Below are positions 46,437-54,034 of a stretch of DNA of 64,000 nt, piece after piece. The notes under the pieces were generated by a model. It did not search any database, was not told where the DNA came from, and saw only the letters and a list, made by a program, of their open reading frames with translations. The stretch's first letter is position 1. Every line of letters begins with the position of its first letter. The position numbers and the translations under genes were made by a program. The stretch spans positions 124,246 to 188,245 of the forward strand of contig JAUWQV010000001.1 in NCBI GenBank assembly GCA_030610945.1, given 5' to 3'. This DNA is from Methanocellales archaeon. GTDB taxonomy: Archaea > Halobacteriota > UBA148 > JAUWXC01.

Positions 46437-47645
46437 TCACTCTTCGCGTCTGAGTACCAGATATGCGACTGCAAGCAATCCTGCGATTGCGAACACAGCC
46501 TCAAAGCCCGGCGTCGGTGGTGTTACCGTTGGTGTTACCGTTGGTGTTACTGTTGGTGTCACGGTCGGCGTTACCGTGGGCGTCACGGTTGGTGTTGCTG
46601 TTGGTGTTGATGTCGGAGTCGGCGTTGCTCGTGCATATAATCGGTCCACTGTTATCGATGCTGTTGTCGAATGCCCCGCTTCATCGGTTGCCACGACCGT
46701 GAAGACATTGTTTCCAAATGATAATGACACGACTTGACTATAGGGTGTTGCTGGTGTTATTGATACCCCATTAAATGTAAGTGTGGAAAGGTTGGTTTCA
46801 GTCACAGTTCCAGAGATCGTCGTTGTGCTATGATATGTGCGTGTGCCTTCTGAACTCGAGACGGTTACTGTTGGTGCTGTGTTGTCCACAGTAACGGTAA
46901 CTGTGTAGTTAGTCCCTGTATTCCCTGCATTATCCGTTGCATTTACCCCAAGAGCATATGTTCCTGCTACACTGGGAACTGTGTAATCTCCTTCCCAGCC
47001 TCCGTCGGTGGCTGTTCCGCTGGTCATTTCCAGAGCAGTTCCGTTCACGTCCACTGACGCTGTGCCGTTTGCATCTGTAACGTTCACAATTATATGAATT
47101 GGAGCTCCACCTTGAACTATCGAGTCGTTTATGGTCACGAGACTTACCACCGGTGCTGTGTTTTCGATTACGAGCACATTAAATGATTTAGGGGAGATTG
47201 CAGTCGTGTTATCAGTCGCGTACACGGTCCAGGTGTAAGTGGTGTTGATGGTATGCGTTTTGGCTGTCGCATTAAATCCAAAAGCTACTATGTCTGTGGG
47301 GTTAAAAACTTCTGGGCTAAAAGTCCATGAAAGATTGGTCGTATCGTTACTGAAGTCCGTAGTGATATTACACCAGTCCGTTCCACTGTCGAACGTAAAT
47401 CCCGATATATTATAGCTGATGTTTACCTCAGTTATGTATTCCGCAGCACTGCCACCGTTTAACACCGTGATGTTGAACGTTTCAGATACCCCGCCTTTCA
47501 CGTCAAGATCGCTGCCCGTCGTGGTGTTGGTCACTGTGATGTCAACGGCATTCACAGGCATCACGAACACAGCAAAAACTAAAAGCACCAGCACTGCCGT
47601 CAATACTATGGTAGGAGGCTTCCTATTTGTATTACCTATCTTCAT
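46437..47645 (-). CDS. Secreted surface glycoprotein-like protein with PGF-CTERM archaeosortase sorting signal
   Basis: Signal peptide (VLLVFAVFVMPVNA), many NxT/S sequons, a (TPTV)n linker, then PGFEAVFAIAGLLAVAYLVLRREE (PGF motif + TM + basic tail). Confidence 0.8.
   Translation of the reverse strand: MKIGNTNRKPPTIVLTAVLVLLVFAVFVMPVNAVDITVTNTTTGSDLDVKGGVSETFNITVLNGGSAAEYITEVNISYNISGFTFDSGTDWCNITTDFSNDTTNLSWTFSPEVFNPTDIVAFGFNATAKTHTINTTYTWTVYATDNTTAISPKSFNVLVIENTAPVVSLVTINDSIVQGGAPIHIIVNVTDANGTASVDVNGTALEMTSGTATDGGWEGDYTVPSVAGTYALGVNATDNAGNTGTNYTVTVTVDNTAPTVTVSSSEGTRTYHSTTTISGTVTETNLSTLTFNGVSITPATPYSQVVSLSFGNNVFTVVATDEAGHSTTASITVDRLYARATPTPTSTPTATPTVTPTVTPTVTPTVTPTVTPTVTPPTPGFEAVFAIAGLLAVAYLVLRREE
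46515..46625 (-). repeat. Coding 12-bp tandem repeat (GGTGTTACCGTT-like), Thr-Pro-Thr-Val linker
   Basis: Encodes TPTPTSTPTATPTVTPTVTPTVTPTVTPTVTPTVTPP. Confidence 0.8.
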
Positions 47646-47809
47646 CTGACCCCCCCCCTAAGGGGTTTCATAATTTTTGTCCTGCTGAGTATTTCAGTTG
47701 CAATCATACAAATACTATTCGGAAAAACGCCCACAACATCAACAAAAATCAGGAACAGGAGAGTCGAGAGAATCCTCTCTTCCTCAAAGATAATAAAAAA
47801 TATAGAAAG

Positions 47810-47829
47810 AAGGGATTTTCATCCCTTCC
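47810..47829 (-). terminator. Stem-loop followed by T-runs, downstream of the 688-aa surface protein gene
   Basis: GAAGGGAT-TTTC-ATCCCTTC (8-bp stem) lies 25 nt past the stop and is followed on the minus strand by TTTCTATATTTTTTATTATC. Confidence 0.55.
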
Positions 47830-47853
47830 TTATTTTAGTTGTTTACGTTCCTT

Positions 47854-49920
47854 TCACTCTTCGCGTCTGAGTACCAGATATGCGACTGCAAGCAATCCTG
47901 CGATTGCGAACACAGCCTCAAAGCCCGGCGTCGGTGGTGTTACCGTTGGTGTTACCGTTGGTGTTACCGTTGGTGTTACTGTTGGTGTTACTGTTGGTGT
48001 TGGTATTGGTGCCGATGCAAGGACGTTGAAGGTTGCTGTCTCCTTCGTACCGTCGGCGTTGACCTCAACATCCCATTTGCCCAGGGTGTAGTCAGTCGTG
48101 TCGAACTCGGCTGTCACTGCACCATCTGCGACCTTCGTGGTCACGATAGCAAGCGAGGCATCTGGCCCTGTCAGCGTGACAGTTGCGAGTTTGCCGTCCT
48201 TCCTGTTCGTCGTGGCTTCGATTATCAGCGTAGCACCTGCTCCTACATCAGCGGTGGGTGATATTGTCACCTTGTCGTCCTCGACCTTGAACTCCGTGGT
48301 CGCGGTCATGTCGTCGCTACCGGGCATCTCAGTCGTGTAGTAGTTGAACGTGTCCTTGATTTGTGACAGTGTCAGGCCCGAGTAGGTGCCGGAGTAAGAT
48401 GCTTTAACATCTGCAAGAGCTGCATTTCTGCCTGGATGTATGACGAACACGGTGTATGTGCCCTTGGTCAACATAGTTGAGAATGGTTTCTTCGTGAACG
48501 TCCAGTCATCTGAGTTGACAGAGACCGAGCCATTCCACGAACAAGCACCATTGTCGTTCCTGAATGCCAGCATGTAGATAGTTGTGGCACCATTCGCGAC
48601 ACCTGTAACCTCCATGGTCGTGGTGTCGGTCTTGGCCATAACGTCAGGTGCGGTCACGGCTACGTCGCCTTCTATCAGCAGTATCGATGTGGCTGCATCT
48701 GCTGATACACCTGTATTAGACGTCAGGTTACCATTGTGTGCATATATGTCAACTCTGTAGGTGCCTGGCAGCATGGTTGCCGTGTCCCACTTGTACTCGT
48801 ACACGTCGGAACTGTCCTTGGCGTCGTATGCCCAGATCTTGTAGGCATCAGCACTGTCTTTGATTGTGACGGTTGCACCCTCATAGCCCGTCACGGTACC
48901 GGTGATTGTCACCTTTGTGCCGATTGTGGCTATTGTCGGTGCGTCTACAGATACCACAGCATCGGATACGGAAACATCAACTGTTGCGGTTTTTGTAGTT
49001 GTAGTGTCCCTTACCTTCACGGTGTACGTGCCTGTGTCGTTGAATGTCATCGTCAACTTGAACGTGCTGTCAGATTTTATCGTGATGGTCGCGTTGTTGT
49101 TATCGCCTGCCGATAGTGCTGTGCCAATGTCGTTAAAGCTGAGTACGATGGTGTTCTTGTCCACAGGTGTCGTGGTTACATAAACGGTGTCACCTGCAGG
49201 TGCAGTGATTGTGAGCGTCGTTTTCTCACCCTTGACCACTGAGGTCTTGCTTGCACTTATCGCTATGTCTGCACTCTCTATCGCCAGCGATAAGGTGTTG
49301 GACTTCATGTCCAATCCCTCTGCTGCACTGGTGTTGGTCTTTACCTGCACCGTGTACGTGCCTGCCTTGAACCCGGTTGTGTTTAAACAGAAGGTCTTGA
49401 TGAGTGACATCGTTACATTCTTCAGAGCCTGAGTGTCTCCATCAGTCCCCAGTATGTTGCCATCTGGGTCCTTGACCTCTATGTTGGCTGCGTCGCCGTT
49501 AGGTATGTTCGTACTTACATCAAGTGTGAGATTCGTGCCCGCTGTCGTGCTGGATACCGAGGTGGTGCCGTACTTTAGATCAATGGTTAGAATCGGAGCA
49601 CTTACGGACATATCCGCAGCTCCAGTAGCATTACCACTGCAGTTGTATGTACCTGCCGAAAGTATGCTGGAGTCGTAATCAGCGCTGGTTAGACTGAAAG
49701 TTAACCCCTTTATCGAGTCTGGAGTTAACCCTATGATTGTAGTCGCAGATTCATTGTTGTCAAAGTTTAATTGCTGGCCAATTAGCACATTGTTGGTGCC
49801 GCCAACGGTTATGTCGTTTTTGTCTCCGCCTGCTGCCGCACTCACTGGCGTCACAAACGCTCCAAAGAATGTCAGAATCATTAGTGTCGCTAGAAATGTA
49901 GCTGTAATTTTGTTCTTCAT
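47854..49920 (-). CDS. Large secreted surface (S-layer-like) protein with PGF-CTERM sorting signal
   Basis: Signal peptide (MILTFFGAFVTPVSA) and a Thr/Val-rich body with repeated beta-domain character. The (TPTV)n linker and PGF-CTERM tail match those of the neighbouring gene. AAGGAGGT lies upstream of the ATG. Confidence 0.8.
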   Translation of the reverse strand: MKNKITATFLATLMILTFFGAFVTPVSAAAGGDKNDITVGGTNNVLIGQQLNFDNNESATTIIGLTPDSIKGLTFSLTSADYDSSILSAGTYNCSGNATGAADMSVSAPILTIDLKYGTTSVSSTTAGTNLTLDVSTNIPNGDAANIEVKDPDGNILGTDGDTQALKNVTMSLIKTFCLNTTGFKAGTYTVQVKTNTSAAEGLDMKSNTLSLAIESADIAISASKTSVVKGEKTTLTITAPAGDTVYVTTTPVDKNTIVLSFNDIGTALSAGDNNNATITIKSDSTFKLTMTFNDTGTYTVKVRDTTTTKTATVDVSVSDAVVSVDAPTIATIGTKVTITGTVTGYEGATVTIKDSADAYKIWAYDAKDSSDVYEYKWDTATMLPGTYRVDIYAHNGNLTSNTGVSADAATSILLIEGDVAVTAPDVMAKTDTTTMEVTGVANGATTIYMLAFRNDNGACSWNGSVSVNSDDWTFTKKPFSTMLTKGTYTVFVIHPGRNAALADVKASYSGTYSGLTLSQIKDTFNYYTTEMPGSDDMTATTEFKVEDDKVTISPTADVGAGATLIIEATTNRKDGKLATVTLTGPDASLAIVTTKVADGAVTAEFDTTDYTLGKWDVEVNADGTKETATFNVLASAPIPTPTVTPTVTPTVTPTVTPTVTPPTPGFEAVFAIAGLLAVAYLVLRREE
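47932..48012 (-). repeat. Coding 12-bp tandem repeat, Thr-Pro-Thr-Val linker
   Basis: Encodes PIPTPTVTPTVTPTVTPTVTPTVTPP. Confidence 0.8.
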
Positions 49921-50153
49921 TATTTATTTAACCTCCTTTAGTTTATTTCTTGGCCCCACATGGGACCTTTTCTTGAAGAGTGATGTGCTATCTCTTATAT
50001 AGACTTTTGCTTGCCCATTCCCATTCGGAAATGGGACAATCGCAAAGACATCATTGTCGTTTCTAAATCGCCTAAACTTTTAGACAATTGTCGAAACGGT
50101 CCTCACCCTCCTAATCCCGTCATTTTGGGTTATGAAATAACATTAGACCTATT

Positions 50154-50222
50154 CCCTTTTAAAGCTTTTGTGGTTCTTTTGGATTATTGCCACGTTTTTC
50201 TGATTTTCTAAAAATTGTCGAT
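50154..50222. repeat. Intergenic repeat, copy A (CCCTTTTAAA...CTTTTGTGGTT...CTGATTTTCTAAAAATTGTCGAT)
   Basis: Aligns by eye with 52340-52406 and 53233-53291. The 23-nt core differs by 1 nt from copies B and C. Confidence 0.7.
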
Positions 50223-50245
50223 GCAAACAAAAGGTTTTATATCTG

Positions 50246-50265
50246 TGTGCACATATGTGTGCACA
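50246..50265. promoter_or_regulatory. Two copies of the palindromic octamer TGTGCACA spaced by TATG, candidate vapB operator
   Basis: Located 9 nt upstream of the vapB ATG (50274) and just downstream of a TTTTATAT TATA-like box. Confidence 0.45.
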
Positions 50266-50273
50266 GATTAAAG

Positions 50274-50495
50274 ATGACCAAGACCATTTCGCTGTCCGAT
50301 GAGGCGTATGATATACTGAAGAGGATGAAAACAGGAAAGGAGAGCTTCTCGGACACCATCAAGAAGCTAGCCGGAAGAGGGAAGTTGAGCGAGGTTCTTG
50401 ACCTCTACCCGGAGATAATGGATAAAGAGTACGAGAAATCAGCCAAGGAGTTAAGAAAGAAGATAGACGCCAAGCTGAAGGACATGGGACTATGA
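50274..50495 (+). CDS. vapB: VapB-type antitoxin (PF02697-like)
   Basis: MTKTISLSDEAYDILKRMKTGKESFSDTIKKL matches the family pattern. 4-nt overlap with vapC. Confidence 0.7.
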   Translation: MTKTISLSDEAYDILKRMKTGKESFSDTIKKLAGRGKLSEVLDLYPEIMDKEYEKSAKELRKKIDAKLKDMGL

Positions 50496-50899
50496 AGTGC
50501 CTTGACACGACGTACTTTGTCGATTTAATCAGAAAACCGTCCGCCATCAGGGACATAACGATGAGATTGGATGAGGAGGATAGGTGCGCCACGACCGTTT
50601 TTAACGTCTATGAGGCACTGTTTGGAAGTTATGCGGTGGATGATGAAAAGGGCGAGAAGATACGAGAGAAGATAAGCAAAGCCGCCAGCAGGCTGGAAGT
50701 CCTGGAATTCCGTTATGTGGATGCATTGAAGGCAGCCGAGATAGGCGGAGCATTGCTTAAAAAGAAAAAAAGAGTCGGTGCAGATGCCATCACGGCTGCG
50801 ATCGCAATAAACAACGGCTGCGAGGCGGTTGTCACGAGAAACAAGAAGCATTTTGGGTGGATAAAAGACCTAACCGGCTTGGAAGTTGAGACATACTAG
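50492..50899 (+). CDS. vapC: PIN-domain toxin VapC
   Basis: CLDTTYFVD, GADAITAAIA and VVTRNKKHF motifs. Confidence 0.8.
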   Translation: MKCLDTTYFVDLIRKPSAIRDITMRLDEEDRCATTVFNVYEALFGSYAVDDEKGEKIREKISKAASRLEVLEFRYVDALKAAEIGGALLKKKKRVGADAITAAIAINNGCEAVVTRNKKHFGWIKDLTGLEVETY

Positions 50900-50949
50900 T
50901 CAAGGTTCCAAAACCTTAAAACGTTTGCACGAAAGATTTTTATATTGTG

Positions 50950-50967
50950 AATTCCCAAATGGGAATT
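50950..50967. promoter_or_regulatory. Perfect 8-2-8 inverted repeat AATTCCCA-AA-TGGGAATT, candidate operator
   Basis: Ends 10 nt upstream of the AbrB-type antitoxin ATG at 50977. Confidence 0.4.
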
Positions 50968-50976
50968 GTGATTAGT

Positions 50977-51204
50977 ATGGAAGCGAAGATGCATTCCGGA
51001 AAATTGTACATACCGAAGAGATTTCTCAAGGCATTGAACATCCAACCCAACTCTGAGATTGAGGTTGAATTAGAGAACGATCATATAGTCATCAGACCAA
51101 GCGTAGGGGTGGATAAAGGAGCTAAGAGATTGTTAGAGTTACTAAAAAATCCGCCATATGGATTGGCAGAGGATAAGGAGTACTCATATGAGGATATTGA
51201 TTGA
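50977..51204 (+). CDS. AbrB/SpoVT-family antitoxin
   Basis: SGKLYIPKRFLKALNIQPNSEIEVELENDHIVIRP. The internal ATG at 50977 is preferred over the track start. Confidence 0.7.
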   Translation: MEAKMHSGKLYIPKRFLKALNIQPNSEIEVELENDHIVIRPSVGVDKGAKRLLELLKNPPYGLAEDKEYSYEDID

Positions 51205-51661
51205 TACTGAAATATGGGCGTATGCGTACAAGAAGCCAAAGAAGGACTGGTTCGAGAGTGAAAAGGAGTATGAGAAGCAGATATCTTTGCATGAACGTGC
51301 AGGGGAGTTTGTGAAGGATAAGCTCATGAATGATGTTATATTCATGTCGCATCAAGAGATCGCAGAGATATGGCATGTTTTAACCATGCGAGGGAGAGGG
51401 ATATCAGGGGATGTGGCGTATGATATCATCAAAGCCCTACTTGACACAAGCACCGTGATTCAAGTGGGAATTACAAAAAGCGATGTTACCAGGGCTATTG
51501 AGCTCAGCAGGGAAACGAAAATACATATATGGGACTTTCTAGTGGTTCTTCCGTGCGAACAATTAGATAGGATTTATACAATGGATGAGCATTTCAGGCA
51601 CAAAGCCTTTCAAGAGATTGCCCCAGTTGAGAACCCGCTGGGCGTGTGGTTAACGATGTGA
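51188..51661 (+). CDS. PIN-domain toxin
   Basis: MRILIDTEIW, HIWDFLV and IYTMDEHF acidic motifs. Confidence 0.7.
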   Translation: MRILIDTEIWAYAYKKPKKDWFESEKEYEKQISLHERAGEFVKDKLMNDVIFMSHQEIAEIWHVLTMRGRGISGDVAYDIIKALLDTSTVIQVGITKSDVTRAIELSRETKIHIWDFLVVLPCEQLDRIYTMDEHFRHKAFQEIAPVENPLGVWLTM

Positions 51662-51676
51662 AGATGTCACGGCGAG

Positions 51677-52084
51677 CTACTTCTCAAGCCTGACGATGTC
51701 ATCGAATTTATCATAGTGAGTATCAAGCGAGTAAATCTCCTTTATCCTCATCTTCCGCATGGTTAAAATGTGATGTGCATCTATGAAGTCAATATCGTAT
51801 TTATCGTAAAGTTCCAGGATCTTATCTGACATAGCGTGATTTTCCGCCCCGATCAATTTCAAGCCACTGCAACCTAAAAATGCTGAGAGGTACTCCCTTA
51901 TCTCGTTTTTGGGCTTTTTGGCTCTCTCAAGGACGTGTGCGATCTCTGCCAGTGTAAATATCGTCGTGACGGCTTTCTCCCTTCCATCCGATATCCTCAG
52001 CATTATTTCTCGCATATCGTCGAGCTTCGCCTTTGGCGCCCTGAGCATAACACCAAGCGGAATAGAAGCATCGAGATATCTCAT
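51677..52084 (-). CDS. PIN-domain toxin
   Basis: MRYLDASI, DFIDAHH and IYSLDTHYD. ATGA overlap with the upstream antitoxin stop. Confidence 0.7.
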   Translation of the reverse strand: MRYLDASIPLGVMLRAPKAKLDDMREIMLRISDGREKAVTTIFTLAEIAHVLERAKKPKNEIREYLSAFLGCSGLKLIGAENHAMSDKILELYDKYDIDFIDAHHILTMRKMRIKEIYSLDTHYDKFDDIVRLEK

Positions 52085-52338
52085 TCTTCCTCGCGCTCCG
52101 CGGTATGAGCAAAAGCCTCGTGCATGAGCTTCACAGGATCGTCTGCAAAGCCCTCTAAACACCCTTCACATACCTCAACGAAGTTTTTCTTATGTCTGAC
52201 CAGTTTTATCTCGCAGGCTATCTCATCTTTTGGCCCTATGTTCTGTTCATCCCGTACCTCAGCAGGAATTAGTATCCTGCCCTTATCGTCCACGGTTCCC
52301 ACAAATTCATCCATATTTCCCACTATAGAAATATTCAT
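52081..52338 (-). CDS. AbrB/SpoVT-family antitoxin
   Basis: VGTVDDKGRILIPAEVRDEQNIGPKDEI. Start taken at MNISIV (52338). Confidence 0.65.
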   Translation of the reverse strand: MNISIVGNMDEFVGTVDDKGRILIPAEVRDEQNIGPKDEIACEIKLVRHKKNFVEVCEGCLEGFADDPVKLMHEAFAHTAEREEE

Positions 52339-52339
52339 A

Positions 52340-52406
52340 TTTAAAACTTTTGTGGTTCTTTTGTGGTTATTCGCTATGTTTCTCTGATTTTCTAAAAATC
52401 GTCGAT
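52340..52406. repeat. Intergenic repeat, copy B
   Basis: TTTAAAACTTTTGTGGTTCTTTTGTGGTTATTCGCTATGTTTCTCTGATTTTCTAAAAATCGTCGAT. Begins 2 nt from the antitoxin start codon on the opposite strand. Confidence 0.7.
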
Positions 52407-52488
52407 TTTGGTGGTTGAGGAGTAGTTTTGCCGTTTGAGGTGAACGAAAGGGACATAATGGCGAAGTGCAACCCCTCATGACCACAAA

Positions 52489-53190
52489 TTACAATTTCTC
52501 CGCTATCTTTTCAAGAAGTTCAACCGCTCGATTTTGGCCCTTCACCAGTGAATCCTGGCCCACTATCATTTTATCTTGACCTTTTACCAGTGAATTCTGC
52601 CCTTCTATTAATGACGTCTGACCCTCTGTTAATGAATCCAGACTTTGTATCATTTTATCTTGGCCCTTGACCAGTGAATCTTGACCTTCTATTATTTTAT
52701 CTTGCCCTTCTGTTAATGAATCCAGACTTTGTATCATTTTATCTTGGCCCTTGACCAACACATCTTGACCCTCCGTCAACGAATCCAGACTTTGTATCAT
52801 TTTATCTTGGCCTTCTGATAGGGCTTCTGTGTTCCTCTCGATCCCCTGAATCGATTTAACCCCAACATCGAGTTTTCTTCCAATATCGCTCAATTCGTCT
52901 GTAGGTGCCTTGAAAAATACTGAGGGCAAGTCCACTTTGTAGGATATTTCTTCCTGATTTACTTCATCTATTGCGGCTCCAACATTCGCACATTTATCCC
53001 TAAGTTCCTTTATTAGATTTTTAACTGAAGGGGCTGCCCCACCGCAGACAATCTTTACGGTGCCGTCAATATCGTTATAAACCATACCTCTGATGTTAAG
53101 GCTTTTAGCAATATTTTCAACCAGATTCCTGAATCCTATATCTTGAACCCTGCCTTTTATCTGGATGTTGTAGTTTTTGTAGACTTGCAT
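52489..53190 (-). CDS. Acylphosphatase-like domain protein with a C-terminal array of about 14 heptad repeats (LxxGQDx)
   Basis: The N-terminus (IKGRVQDIGFRNLVENIAKSLNIRGMVYNDIDGTVKIVCGG) has the acylphosphatase-like VQGVGFR pattern. The C-terminus is MIQSLDS/LTEGQDx/LVKGQDK repeated. Confidence 0.6.
   Translation of the reverse strand: MQVYKNYNIQIKGRVQDIGFRNLVENIAKSLNIRGMVYNDIDGTVKIVCGGAAPSVKNLIKELRDKCANVGAAIDEVNQEEISYKVDLPSVFFKAPTDELSDIGRKLDVGVKSIQGIERNTEALSEGQDKMIQSLDSLTEGQDVLVKGQDKMIQSLDSLTEGQDKIIEGQDSLVKGQDKMIQSLDSLTEGQTSLIEGQNSLVKGQDKMIVGQDSLVKGQNRAVELLEKIAEKL
52524..52818 (-). repeat. Coding 21-bp (heptad) tandem repeat array with higher-order 63/84-bp units
   Basis: GAATCCAGACTTTGTATCATTTTATCTTGGCC recurs three times on the plus strand. 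Translates to the LxxGQDx heptads. Confidence 0.75.
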
Positions 53191-53232
53191 CGTATTTTAC
53201 TTCCCCTTGGTTAGACATCTTATGGAATAACG

Positions 53233-53291
53233 CCCTTTTAAATCTTTTGTGGTTATTACCCTGTTCCTCTGATTTTCTAAAAATCGTCGAT
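53233..53291. repeat. Intergenic repeat, copy C
   Basis: CCCTTTTAAATCTTTTGTGGTTATTACCCTGTTCCTCTGATTTTCTAAAAATCGTCGAT. The 23-nt core is identical to copy B. It lacks the internal CTTTTGKRGTT duplication seen in A and B. Confidence 0.7.
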
Positions 53292-53347
53292 TTTTATAGG
53301 TAGTCCACGTTTATATATCGTGTCATAATATTACCGATAGTGGTAAG

Positions 53348-53578
53348 ATGAAATTAAAGGTCGTCTTAGAACCTGCAGAAGAGGGAGGATACACTGTATA
53401 CGTACCTTCACTTCCTGGTTGTATTTCTGAGGGAGATTCACGAGAGGAGGCACTAGAGAATATCAAAGAAGCGATATCCCTTTACTTAGAGCCTGATGAA
53501 GAAAAACTAGCACTAAAACAAAAAGGTATGCAGGTGTATATGAGATTGCTATATGAAACTTCCAGTATAGATGTCTAG
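53348..53578 (+). CDS. hicB: HicB-family antitoxin (UPF0150), apparently solo
   Basis: EEGGYTVYVPSLPGCISEGDSREEALENIKEAISLYLE is the canonical HicB N-terminal domain. No intact hicA is adjacent. Confidence 0.65.
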   Translation: MKLKVVLEPAEEGGYTVYVPSLPGCISEGDSREEALENIKEAISLYLEPDEEKLALKQKGMQVYMRLLYETSSIDV

Positions 53579-53622
53579 ATGCTTTGTTGTCGAGTGCAAC
53601 TCTTCACAGGTGTGATGTGGAG

Positions 53623-54030
53623 TTAGGATATTTCCCCTGGTAACTTTACCTCGATTTCTGCTATTTTTCTAAACATTTCATCCCTCGTAACCAAGACACA
53701 TCTGTGAACTTTGCATGTAGAGGCGATCATCGCATCTGGAAGTCTCGCCTTATATTTGGCTCTGATTATTGCTGCTTCTTTCGCGATGTACAGGTCTACA
53801 TCGATGATCGTGAAGTTGTTAATAGCCCTTATGTCTACGAGAAATCTTTCTCCTTTTTTGATTTCCCCTCTGGAGTGGAAGCCGCTCAGAATCTCTGCTA
53901 CGCAGATCACAGAGGTGAATCCAACATGTTTTCCCCCATGAATGTTTTCGAATAGTCTCTTCGCTAGTTGATAATTTTCTTCTTCGTTCAGAATGCTCAG
54001 GAAGATGTTGGTGTCTATAAATAGCCTCAT
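53623..54030 (-). CDS. vapC: PIN-domain toxin VapC
   Basis: MRLFIDTNIFL, LPDAMIAST and LVTRDEMF. Confidence 0.75.
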   Translation of the reverse strand: MRLFIDTNIFLSILNEEENYQLAKRLFENIHGGKHVGFTSVICVAEILSGFHSRGEIKKGERFLVDIRAINNFTIIDVDLYIAKEAAIIRAKYKARLPDAMIASTCKVHRCVLVTRDEMFRKIAEIEVKLPGEIS

Positions 54031-54034
54031 GCGA

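Noticed and set aside
46515-48012. 12-bp tandem repeats considered as a possible CRISPR-like or non-coding VNTR array
   Set aside because: The repeats are contiguous with no spacers, and they lie inside two long ORFs where they encode Thr-Pro-Thr-Val linkers before PGF-CTERM signals. The plus-strand ORFs reading GVTVGVTVG (47627-48261) are their mirror images.
53553-53570. Five-codon ORF MKLPV* right after hicB, resembling the HicA N-terminus (MPKLPV...)
   Set aside because: Five residues cannot support homology. It is noted only as a hint that hicA may have been deleted.
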